Assembly (NCBI GenBank): GCA_036172245.1
Contig: JAYWIR010000055.1
Span: 124,001-188,000, forward strand
DNA: 64,000 nt
Reading direction: 5' to 3'
Source: Raillietiella orientalis
Lineage: Eukaryota
Below, one piece after another: positions 50,816 to 62,819 of this stretch. The notes beneath the pieces were generated by a model, which saw nothing but the letters and a program-made list of their open reading frames with translations, had not been told where the DNA came from and did not search any database. Position numbers and translations under genes: made by a program. Within the stretch, counting starts at the first letter, position 1. Every line of letters begins with the position of its first letter.

Positions 50816-53800
50816 TTCAGAGATTTTGATGGGCACACCGGAGTTGGCAGCGTCCACGCCTTCGTTGAACGGACGCTTGGATTACTCATTTGGCCAGGGA
50901 TGCCAACATCTGATATCAGCGGCGATGCAAGCTGTAATTTCAGGGGTGGCTTATACCGTACGCTTTTTGCAGGAATGCTTCTGAATTCGATCGGCGGCTG
51001 CTGCAGCTGCTCAGCAATTTTGCAGCTTCATCAGACAGTCCGGCTACTTATCCGAGAAGGGAAAAGCTCAACAGTCTTCTTGTGTCCAGCATTGAAAACA
51101 GACATTGAGCAGTTTCCGATTATTTTTGTTTAGGAAAAGCCAAAGTGAGCAAATTATCAAGAATGTGACTAACGAGAATTTCTACTTGCAAATTTGGAAT
51201 AGTGAGGGGCCACTTTGACAGAATCAGAGGTGAGAGGCCTCCTCACAGTGAGGCATATGTCGTCCAAGAAATGCGCTGCAGGCATAATACATGCCGATTT
51301 CCTAATATTGGGAAATTAGCCAAATATACATTTGATTTTTTTTTCATATTTTTATATCATATGAATGCCCTCTGGTTTCAACTATTAAAGTGAGAAGTAG
51401 ATTTTCATTAGTAAGCCTCATTGTGAGGAGACGAATCGAGATTTCAACAAATTCTTGTGAGCCACCAGTGGGCTCCTCATCCGCCGTCTAAACCAATTTT
51501 CATGAAGTTGTACTCTGTCACTGAAAGCCCATTATCTCTGTTGGTAACCAGCAAGTACTTCCTTCAAATACTCTGTAACTAATTTACGCTTGGAGTTGCC
51601 TATTGTCACAATCAAACTGCCAAGTGACATCCTCAGAGCATTCTCGAAGTAGCTTTCTCAAAGCTTCGGAGATCACTGAAGATTTTCCATTTCTATCAGC
51701 TGCTTGAATTGCGGATGTAGTTGACTGCAGTCGCAAGAGTTATAGCATTTATTCCCAAGACGATCAGGAATTCGACTTTGAAATCGTGGCCTCCTCTTAG
51801 AGCCTTCTATAAAATCCACATATGCAGTTTCGGTCCGTAGTTTGGAGTTTTGCACATACATTATGGGGAAACTTCTAGGCTCTTTTGCCGGAATTATTTT
51901 TTTTTCTTGCTAAAGTACTTAGGCAATCATGATGCACTTTGAAGTACTTGAAAACTTTGTAAATACCAAATGGAGATTCAATCTCTCTCCATTGACGTTA
52001 GCATTATAAAAGATTTGAACTTCTCTATCATAACCTAACGTTTAATATTTCCAACTCCTTTGACATTATTTGCATCGCATTGGATTCAATTGCTTCGACT
52101 CAATGCCTATTGGAGAAAATGCCTATTTGGTTTTCGAAGATGGCTTCCTTGGAATGATTCTTGCATTTAACATTCATGAATGGAGGATATACAACTATAA
52201 GAAAAAATTATCAAGTATCCATGTCTTTTAGATACTTCAGATCCATGTGTCAGCCATATATATATTCTGGCATTAAGAAACTTTCGTCCCAATTCTTTGT
52301 ACCCAAATGCTGATACTTTATGTTAGGTGAAAAATTGGTTGTCAAAAAAGAGCATAAATAATAAGAAAAAGAGTATGCATAAAACAATCTTATTAATCTA
52401 CGACGATTGCTGCATTAGAATTTATGATAGTCAGTTGCAATTTCATACATGTATCAACTTAGCCACTTCGAGAAGGAATGTGGAAGAATAAAAATAAGTA
52501 CATTAAAAAAAAAAATGCTTGAAAATTCCTGGATTCTGTTAAGAATTGTGCTTAAGAATAATCCATAGTACATACAAGTGCACTCGCATAAGCCTTAGCA
52601 TATCTAACTTTTTGTTTCACACCTGGATTCCAAATGCTTTTATTTATTTTCTAACCAACTTCATGCAAGGCAGTAAGCATCCGCATGCAATTTATGAATG
52701 TCTTATCGTATATGTTCCGAAAAGAAGGTAAGAAGGTATGTCATCTCCGGTTTCAAAATGGAAAGAGAGAAAAGATACATCCAGAGTGAGTCCGTTTCCA
52801 CGATAATTGTGCGGGATAAGGCCGTTGAAAGTGTGAGTAAGGATTTGTCTGCATTCTGTGATCAATGAGGCTGAAGAAATCTCCAGCGAAAATGCAATAT
52901 CGACCCTTGGCACAAAGTTTTTCTAGAACATTCTCATTATGGTGTATGGGAACATTAGATCAGACTTTCATTAACTCCTGCTGAGAGTTTAAGTTGCATT
53001 CCTTTGGTTCTGTTATCTAGTTCTCCCGATCCGTCCACCCACCTATAATCGTTTTCGATTACTCCATAAAATTTCTACATTTCTCGATCTCAGCAGACAA
53101 CTGAAAATTGACTCAGTGTGTTCATCAAGTATAGCTACACTACTGCACAAATCATAATCAAAATAAAGGCCGAAATCCATTACCCTTTTACAGAACGACT
53201 CGCAGCACTGAACTTGGTACATGTTCTCCAAAAAGCTTCCCCAGTTTGAGCCTCATCTGCCTCATATTAACCACATTTCTCCTTCATTTCAAAATGCTGC
53301 GTTCAAAAAGTTCAATAAGTTTATCCCATATGTTGAAGTTGTTCAATCCAAGATGTCCAATCTAAATCTTGTACATTGTTCAGGGTCATATTTTACGTAC
53401 CAAATTTCTTCTAAATGACGGATGAAACCTTTCTAGCAGATTGTGTACGATTTGTATAGGTTGAATTATTTCCCGTTGCTGTTCGGTCTTTGGAATAAGG
53501 AAACGAGAATGAGTGTTCACGTGAAAAGAGAAAATTCATTTTTGTTCAATGAAAATGTGGGAATGTTTTATTCAAGAAGTTCCGATAATGGTTTAGGGAC
53601 AGTACATCCAATACAAAACTTTTCAATAGAAATAATTATTTGTGGGCTTTTTGTTGACTTTCTTGAGGGAATTCACTCAAATAGTCACTTTGAGAATCAT
53701 ATGAGTAATACAGGTCTCAAGTTTCAATGTTTATTGGCATGCAATCCACTGAAACACTAAACCAAACAGCACTAAGAATGGTATTTCCTTCTATGCTACG

Positions 53801-54753
53801 ACAATGATTGATTTCAGTATTCAAAGTTTCAGGGGTCTAGGTAAATACATTTTTAATGCGTGAAATCCTCGAAGTAATTTTTAGAATTATGATAAGGGAT
53901 TTTGAATAAAAGACAAATTATCTAATAAATAGGCACCAATCAGAGAATAAGCTAAGTGGTTATTTAGATCTTCAATCAACTTCCTGCTTGCTCCCATACT
54001 CTTCCGATCAATGGATTCTTTAAAACATCCAGCGAGGGTTTACGTAGAGAACTAAGTGGTTTGAAAGGATTTAGGCATCCATACACAATAATAAACGCAT
54101 AAATGCAAAACAGTAATTATATGCGTTTCTAGTGATACAGAGTTAAAATCACTGATAACATAAACACTTCTTGATTTTTCCTTTTCCAATGTAACAATTC
54201 TTTTCAATATAGGTAATTTTAGGGAATTAGAAACATCCACTGACTTTAAAAAACAGAGTAGCTGTATTTTAAACTCATTTAAAGTGATTTATAAATATTA
54301 GAATTCTGAAGTTCTTACCAGTGATGATTCTTAGTGACTATTTATCTTATATTCGGTATTTAGTGTAATAGAACTTTTACTTTAATGTAAACAGAGGAGA
54401 TATCACAATTCGTCCAATGTTGAATTTTTGCTCTCATGTCAGGTCTATGTGTTTTTGATATTTTTTGTTTCATGTGTCATTCGCTACTCTTGACTTGTTT
54501 CAAGGAAATTGGAAGTACGATGGTATTCCTAAATTCATGGAGAAATCTTTCATATTTTTCTCCTTCGAATTATAACTCGATTATCGTATTTTTTGAGTAT
54601 GAATCACAGTTTGGTCCTGACGTAAAATTTCGGTTGCGAATGAACTTGGTAATTTTGAAAATTATGGCAGCATGTTTTTAAAACCTTTACTCAAAGCATG
54701 GTTTTCGTAAATTTGCACCGATAAACTTGCTGTGAGATGCATTTTTGGAAACG

Positions 54754-56660
54754 ATGCTTTCAAGGTCGAAGCAAGTATTTAATAGGCATAGAAATTGTTA
54801 TCGTGCCAGATCCATTGCAAATAAGCAAGGAGACGAGAGCGATCATTTCGTTGAAAAGGAAGTGAAGAAGAATAATGAAATAGTTAAACATCCTCAGCAG
54901 GACCAAAAGTTCTGGGATGTTAATAAACTTTATAAGCATATCAAGACCCTTGATAATGCAGCTGCAAAGTCTGTTGTTCCATTACAGCAACTATTTGATC
55001 AATTTAATCAGGAATGGAATTTCCTGATGACAAGAAGAAGAAGAAGGCTCCAGTACTTAGGATTTCCGTTTGAATGCGATATTGCTATAATTGGGGGAGG
55101 CTTAATTGGATCTGCAATAGCATGTGCACTCAAAGAGAGGGTACCAAAAGGTGTTGATGTAGCTGTGATTGAAAAGGATCCAAGTGTAAATATTATTCAT
55201 GAATTGCAGTAAAAGTAGCTGATTTCAGTACTCTCGAGCTGCAAGTAGGTTATCTTTGGGAGCGATTCGTCGGCAGTTTATTTTAAAAGAACACTTTGAA
55301 ATGGCTTTATTTAGCACAGAATTCCTTAGAAACTATGCAAGCACCCTGAAAGATTCTTCTAGGGCGTTTTTTGATCTGCAGTTTTCACCAAATGGTTGTT
55401 TAATTTTAAGTGATGAAAATACTGCTATTCAACTTGAACTGAGTCATTATTTGCAGAGGTAGGATGTTTACAATAATCTGATGTCATTAACTAGTATGCC
55501 TTGACATGCGATATGTGTAATTACGTTTTTTAAAGTCAGTATGGGATTCGCTCCATGTTACTTCCACCTTCGGAGATACAAAAAAGATTCCCATGGCTCA
55601 ACTGTAGTGGTGTAGCATTGGGTAGTTATGGTCTTGAGAAAGAAGGCTGGTAATATTTGTTTCTATTTATCTTTTTAGTTGTTTTCTATAGGTATAGCAC
55701 ATTTGCTTTGTTAATGAATTTCAAAGCAAAGGCTCTGTCTCTTGGTGTTCGCTATGTGGATGGAGAGGCTATTGGATTTGACTTTAATGCGTCCACCTTG
55801 GATCCAATGCAAAAGACTGGTGGACGGCCCACAAAAAATCCAAGAACAGTCTTTGTAAGACACTCTTATTGTACACACTTTTTCTGATGCTTTAGTAGGT
55901 TAAGCTCAGGGATGGAAATGTGAATCCTGTGTCATCTGCCATCTTTATTTTGGCAGCAGGACATCACTCAGCAAACTTGGTACACCAAGCAGAAACCGGC
56001 CTGCATAATGCTGTACTTGAGTGCTTTTTTCCTGTGGAGGTCCGGTAAGATCATTAAGAGTTGCTCTTGATGGTTGCCTCAGAAAACATTATGTATATGC
56101 ACTGAAGTGCCCAGAGGGACCAGGTGTAAACTTTCCTTTTGTTATCGATGTCAATGGCATTCATTTCCGTCGAGAAGGACTAGCAGGCCACTATGTTGTT
56201 AGTTGTTCTGATGCTTTGGATACTAAATCCCACTCTCCAGATTACGATCCAAACCCTGCATTTTTTGAGAATACAGTATTTCCTTTGCTGGAACAAAGGG
56301 TGCCTGTATTTAGAAGTTCTCAGGTAAGAGCATGCACTATGAGTTCTGCATTGTTTTGTGACTAGCTTCACTGTGCCTGGGTAAGTTTGCAAGACCACAA
56401 CTATTATGATGAGCAACCTATATTGGGTCCCCACCCCTTTGTCCCCAATGTTTATTTTGCCACAGGTTTTGGAGATTCAGGTTTGTTTGCAAAGAGAAGA
56501 AAGAGGTTAAACCTTTTTTTCAGGAATGCAGCATGCTCCTGCTGTAGGCCGAGCCACTGCGGAGCTTATTATTGACCGTAATTACAAAAGTATTGATTTG
56601 AGTACATTTCATGTTGATAGAATCTTGTGTGACCAGAAGATCCCTCCTGTTTATCTATAA
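54754..56660 (+). CDS. FOXRED1: FAD-dependent oxidoreductase domain-containing 1 (complex I assembly factor), ~525 aa, 8 exons (54754-55185, 55229-55458, 55536-55649, 55692-55854, 55899-56044, 56083-56323, 56366-56480, 56524-56660)
   Basis: Basic N-terminus resembling a mitochondrial presequence. DIAIIGGGLIG FAD motif, RFPWLNCSGVALGSYGLEKEGW, RKHYVYALKCPEGPG, FRREGL, GPHPFVPNVYFATGF, QHAPAVGRA. Introns are 43/77/42/44/38/42/43 nt, all GT-AG and in phase. Confidence 0.95.
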
Positions 56661-56689
56661 CAATGTTATAGATTCTATAGGCCATGCTC

Positions 56690-57650
56690 TTAACGGAACT
56701 GCTGTGATGCAGGCATAAAGAAATTGAGTCCATGCTTGCTTACTGCATGAGAAGGAGAAAACCCTAACAACTTTTGGATGTTCTGTAAAAGGCAAAAAAA
56801 AAAAAAAAAGCATTGATTAAAAACAAAGAAATTTATATGAACCAATCAATGTTATACTTAAGCTGTGTGTTCACAAAGCATCAATAGCAAAATGAATAAA
56901 GAGAACAAGTTACATGCAAATCAGATGACATGAAACATTTTATCTCTAATGGCTAATTTAGAAATAAAAATCTTATATTAATGTTATGGCTAATAAGGCT
57001 TTATAGTTACCAAAATAGAAATTGCGAATTACCTGTCGAATAGACATAGTGCACAAAAGGTACAGAAAAAGAAAGGAACAATCTGTATAATCATCTCCCA
57101 TCAAATTAGAGTGGGAAAGACTTCGCATCCAGGGTATTGGCACAAATGGTAATTTTGCTACTACTCTACCATCAAAACTATGCGGAAAATGAAATCCAAA
57201 GTTATTTCAGCAATCATACATTGAGCTGAACATGCTTAATAAGGCTGTAAAAGCAAATCCTATGGCACACATGGATCTCATCTTGAACATGGTCAAATCT
57301 CTGTTGTTTACTTTCAGTTTCTCTTCTTCACGAACCATTTTTTTTTTCAGATTTTTGTCTGTAGTGTCACCAAACTCTCTTTTCTTCTCCACTGAATGCT
57401 GCTGTTAAATTAGTGGTATTCTACAACTTACGTTTTTTTGACTGTCTTTCTATGTCAGCTCTTAATTTCTGGTATTTTTTGGTTCTATACACGAAAATCC
57501 ATGTTAGACCTGGAATTCATGTATGTTTATTGATATGGGTGGAAACAAAATTCTGCTTTGGGTAATGTCAACGAAAAATGACGGTCTACCTTCACCAAGC
57601 AAAGCTGTGCAAACCGATATTATGATAATTAATACATTGTCGGCCAGCAT
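56690..57650 (-). CDS. TMCO1: TMCO1 ER membrane protein, ~182 aa, 5 exons (57650-57590, 57509-57432, 57391-57220, 57177-57033, 56782-56690)
   Basis: ISVCTALLGEGLTWIFVYRTKKYQKL, NNRDLTMFKMRSM, FDGRVVAKLPFVP, GDDYTDCSFLFLYLLCTMSIRQNIQKLLGF. GT-AG introns in phase. Confidence 0.96.
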
Positions 57651-59689
57651 GTCGAAATACAACTTGAAACTGAACAAATCAACTATCAGCTGCAATTGGT
57701 TTTCATCGAGAATGTCTTTTGGTAATATTACAGGCAGCAGGGAAGGGAAAAACAGGCAAAAGCGTGATATGAATTTTCTTCCTGATTACTTCAACCAACT
57801 CGAGAAACTTCCCTGGTGAGCATCACAAGCAAAGGTTTAAAATCTGAAACTTCCAAAGTTCTTTCCTGGAGAAACGCGACCATGCCATCCCCCACGACCC
57901 CCAGGCGCTCGGCGACGCACGCATACCACTGCAACCCTCCTCCCGTCATCAGAGTGTCTGCTGGAGCACTCATCTGCGTTGCCCGAATTATAGATCTCAG
58001 CTGCCGTTGCTTTTGACTTTAATGGTGAAATCGGCAAAGGTCGATGAGTTCTAAATGCACGTCGTTATACAAAGGTAACCAAATAATTAAAGCGATGGTA
58101 CACTTTCCACTTCAAGCGTTCTTTAACTATCTGAGTGCACACATTTCTCTTCATTCTCGTTGCAAGCATAGAATCAGATGCAAAAAAAAAAAGGAAGCAG
58201 GGGAGGCATGAAAGGCAAATTAAAATATCAAAAAGCAATCCTTATTGTTTTCATTTTCTTTGCACCGGAATTAAATTTTTACGAATTTCCTTTGAGAGTC
58301 AAAAGTATGCTATCAATGAGAGGAGAGAGAGAGAGAGAGTAAGCAAGGCAGAAACGACGCGTCAGTTCTCTTAAACTTTTTGTGCATATCATTTCCGTGT
58401 CTCCAGCATCTACAACTTCAAGCTAAAAATGCGATCTTATTTTAAGACAGTGGTTCTATATGAGTCCATCAACAAGGATAAATACATCACGTGTGAGCAT
58501 TTTTGAAATTCGTGGTACGAACTCATCTACTTCATAAATAGGCTGATTTTAAAATCGAATCCCGAGTTCAAATAAAACGAAAATGAAGAAGGGTGTTTTT
58601 GGCATAGCAATTTACAAGTCCGGTCGAACCATTCTTCAAATTGATTCAGAGTAGGGCGAAATTTCATTTGCATACAAGAAATGACAGTTAGTTGGAGCCA
58701 ACATCATCCCACCATCAAGAAAATTCAAATCGAAAGTCACAATGGCTTTGCAAATGTAATCTTGAAACATGACGAGTTTCTAGATAATTTTCGAGAAAGG
58801 AAGTTGAAATTTGTTCCTTGCACGAGATAATTACACACTTTATGGAGTAAATCGCAGCAGAGGAAATGAGTTATGAAAGTACAAGCCAAATTATCACAGG
58901 AATCTAGCCGCTCCAATGGGAGATACAAACGAAAAGGGTCCATTAAAACAAGAACGCAAGGATGCTATAAAATAATTGCTTTATGGAAAAGAATAGCATT
59001 CTTTGAGATTTCCTACCTGGAAAATAATAAAGACCAAGAAGTGTTCGTAATTAACTTAGCCGACTAATTGTTGAAAAGGTGCATTGGAACAAATACACAA
59101 AGGATGATACATAAAATAATGCTTAGGGAATTTTCGAATTTTATCATGAGATGCAAGGCTTATTAATCGTTTGATGACTTCTCCAGGATTGGATCATCCG
59201 AATGGAAGAGTCGTTCCTCGAATGACCGTGCTGCGATCATTTCTCCCTATGAGTTTAGCACAAAGAATCACCAGGGAGATGCGATGCTGTTCTCGAGTCT
59301 CCGGATGGAAAGAAATTCATTGCTTTGGTCCTGTTGACCCCTGCCCTTTTCCGGCAGGCACTGGTGAGTCTCGGCGGCGTATCGAGGTTATCAGGGGATC
59401 CTTGCTGCATTCTCAGGAGTGAGGACCAACGGAAACTCTTCTCTCTGTATCCACAAAGGCTTTGCTTCTGCTTCCATGAGGCTTCGTCCTGCCCTGGTGG
59501 AAATGCAAGACCCATTCAGTCCCCTCATCGCCCTCCCCCTCCATCCCTTCTTGTCTGCACTCCCAACATTCTCAGGTTCAGGGATTCCGTCCGCTCTTCC
59601 ATGCCTACAGAAGGTACAGCACCATCCACGCTACAAGGAAGAACCTCCGTCTCCTGCAAGGCGGTGGCGGAGCAAAAGTTCTTCTGACT

Positions 59690-59857
59690 ACCTGCGTTGG
59701 GGCAGTGTGGCAGCAGCTTCCTCGTGGAGCGCCAGGCGCCGCGGGTTCGAATCCCATCCGGGGAAGGGTAGACACCGAGAGCGGGGGTTGCGCTGAGGGT
59801 TTCGAGTGCTACTCGCAGGATGACGTTGGTTGGCCGATTCGGGTGCGGCGGCACTGG
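59690..59857 (+). mobile_element. tRNA-headed repeat (copy S5), cut off by the 3' end of LINE copy E
   Basis: A-box-like GGGCAGTGTGG at ~59700-59710 and B box GGTTCGAATCCC at 59744-59755. GGTTGGCCGATTCGGGTGCGGCGGCACTGG matches S2. Confidence 0.78.
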
Positions 59858-62815
59858 TTTTTCACCCGGGTTCGCCGGGGCGTTAATATAAAATAAAATA
59901 AACATTTGCAGTTTTTGTTGTTGGACCTCTAGTCCAACCACGTCCTTTCTATAGATACCCTGCCGTGTTACCGGTTCGCAGACCGGTGAGGGCGACCAGT
60001 ACAGCAGAGGAGAGGGGCCAAACTAAGAAAAGTAAACAAAGCAAAAGTAAAACAATATAGGGGGGTTACGGAAAGGGATCATAGCCTGATGGGGGCGGTC
60101 TTCTGCATCCTTTGGAGGATACCGGCAAGGTCTTAATTCATGGATATGTGCAGGTAGAGCCATCTGATTGCTATCCGTAAAAAACGAAGAACCAAGTGGA
60201 TGGTGTCCCTGTCGTTGGCTCCTCGATTAGCGTCGCTCCACACAGCCTCAATTCGCTAGGGCAGCACAGTTCTGCAGGGGCTGCCGCTGGCTGCAGGACG
60301 TCCCGCATAAAGAGAAGCCGCATCATGTTTCTGGCGTTGCCGCCGGTGATTTCAAGGGTCGCGGCAAAGAGGTCTAAGGGGTCTGGAGGGCAACACAGTG
60401 AACTAGGAGGTGTGGGAGAGGAATTCCTGCCCCTCGCACCTTGCACAGCTTGAGTCCCCCTCTCCCCCCCGTGTTCAATGATGCCGGCAGGCGTTACTCG
60501 AGAGGTCCCAGAGCATCAGTATGAACGTCGACTCCTGCCACATCAAAGAGAGAGTGTGGGTGTTCATGAGCACCGGGAGCCGCTGCAGGTCTTCCTCCGG
60601 AATACCCAGTAGCACTCCCCAGCACAAAAGTCCTCGAGGCGGGGCATTCGGGGTCGCAGCGTCGGTGAGCTGGCCCGTTTTCCACTCGCCCAGTCCTTTT
60701 CTCCTTCCGGAGACTTTCCACACTAACCTCCCATCTAGCCGTAAGGCTGCTGTCCATGTGTTCCCTTGGAGTGGGCAGCGCTGCGGCAACGGAGGTTGTT
60801 GCTCCTGCCCACGCACTCTTCACGGGATCCTCCAGGATCTCCCAGAGCGTGCAGTTTTCTTGCGCGCGTACAGGAAACGTCCTCCCTGTTCTGCGCTTGG
60901 CTGAGTCCCCGCCCACGTGCGAACGGTTCTCTGCAGCCAGGCACTACCGCTCGCAGGAAGGCAGGAGATCCATCCGTTTTTCCTGGCCAGCGTGGTCACC
61001 TGCCGAAGGTGCAGTTCGCGGTGAATGAGGCTGCGTGGACGGCGCGCAAGGAAGGACGTGAGTTCCACGCTGCCGGAGGCCTGCTGGACGAGGAGACGTG
61101 CAGGTTGGCACCAGATGGTGCTCCATAGCTTTGCCAGGAGGGCAAGTGTGAGAAACTGGAGCTGCAGCTCCATTCTCTCTAGCGTCAGGGGAGGCATAGG
61201 CCGTCGTCCCAGCGCGGAGCACACAAGTCCTTCAGGCGGACTCGGGACCTTCCTTTGTCTAAAGGGCGATCAAAAGGAGGTTCATCGTCCGCTTCTTGAT
61301 CCTCTCTGGTGGGGGGCAGACAGAAAGCAGGGGATGGAGGAGGGGAGCCACGAGGGCGTTCCACACCGCGGCCCGTTCCGGCAGGTGAAACCTGCCTCTT
61401 TGAAACGGATCGAGCTCCTGCAGTGCTTTCTAAAGACGGCCAGACTAGGCTTCTTCTCCGCGGAAGTCCATCCACAACGCAACGCGCAGGTACTTTAAGT
61501 ACCGACCCGTGGGGATCCCCAGACGGATCCAGTCCAGTCTCCCTGTCCACGCCGCACCAACTGAAACCACGGACGACTTCACCCTGTTCACCAGCAGGCC
61601 TGCCCTGTGGCTGAGCAGCCCGAAGAAGCCGTCAGGTGAGCATGCTAGTGTGGACATGGAGAGCAGCAGCAGCAGATCTCCCGCGTATGCCGAGTCGGCA
61701 GGCGTGCCAGAACATACGCGCGGCTGGAGAGCCAGAGTGTTCCTGTACGCTCTCAGCACCAATTCGAAATAGGTGCTGAAGAGCAGGGGGCTCAAGCTGT
61801 CGCCCTGCCGTATACTGTGTCTCGCTGGCACGCCGTGCACCGTCTGTCCACTGAAGGAGATGCTCATGAGCGCTTGGCGCCAGCTGGAGTGCAGATAGGC
61901 CGACAGTGCAGCCGGAAAGCCCAAGCGTTCCAACAGCTCCAGAAGGAGCTCCTGGTCGGCGCGGTCGAATGCCTTCTGCGACGCTGCGACCCCGAGTACG
62001 CCTCCCAATGGACTTCTGCGCTGGGAGCGCAGCTCGATGTTCCGATTGAAATCTGAAGTGGCCCCCGGTGCTCATGAACACTTCCACCCTCCCCTTAAAA
62101 TGGCAAGAGTCGGCTCTACTGTTGCAGCATTGGGGACTCTCCTGCAATGCCCGCCGACATCATTGGACCTGGGGAGCGGTGGATCCCGATTGTGTTAGGT
62201 ATGGGGAACGGGAGTCCCTCCCCCACCTCCTAGTGGATTGTGTTGCTTTTTGGCCCCTTTATTTCCGCTTTGCCGCGGCCATCGGAACCCCTGCGGCAAC
62301 CCCAGGGACGCTTTAAAAGCCCTCTTCGTTGCCGGCGCCCTCCGGCCAGCAGCCTCGATAGCGGCCTTGTGCTGCCTTCGCAGGATCGTCGCTGCATGGA
62401 GCACGGCTACGGGAGGACCTCGCGCTAAGGATGCCATCCAGTGCGCCTCTCAATTCCTGAGGAGGGCGTCGCGATGGCCCCAACTGGATCCTCCAATGCA
62501 GCAAGAGCTTGCCGGCATCCTGAGAAGGATGATGCGGCCCCAGCAGCAACAGTGATCCCTTCCCGTACCCTCCCACTCTTTTTTTCTTTTTGTTTATTTT
62601 TTTTTGTTTTTTTCCCCTTTCCCTGCTGCCATGGTGGACCGTACCGGTCTGCGAACCGGTGTCCTGGCTGGTTCCGTGGTTCTTCGTGCTTGGCTGCAGC
62701 ATTGCTGCAGCCACTGACATTTTTACTATAAAGTTTATTTTTTTAATAAACGACCCGGAGAATTCCGGGTGAAAATCGAATGCCTTCTGCCGATCGGAGC
62801 TAGGAGCACTCGGCA
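59858..62815 (-). mobile_element. Tx1-like LINE (copy E): RT through zf-RVT and complete 3' end, split by nested copy F
   Basis: QKAFDRADQELLLELLERLGFP, IRQGDSLSPLLF, YLKYL, LCAPRWDDGL, TLSLMWQES, structured 3'UTR, and an A5 tail (T5 at 59858-59862). The reading frame resumes beyond F as SSDRQKAFD. Confidence 0.9.
61980..62775 (+). mobile_element. 5'-truncated Tx1-like LINE (copy F) nested antisense in copy E, with 15-bp TSD
   Basis: TCGAATGCCTTCTGC at 61965-61979 and 62776-62790. zf-RVT ORF at 62068-62316, stop at 62553-62555, four-hairpin 3'UTR, GGGTG-AAAA end. Confidence 0.93.
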
Positions 62816-62819
62816 CCCA

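Noticed and set aside
59690..59765. Functional tRNA gene (also at 9115, 14547, 28537, 38699)
   Set aside because: Only the T-arm and A/B boxes persist. Acceptor and anticodon stems do not pair consistently and all copies continue into a shared repeat body.
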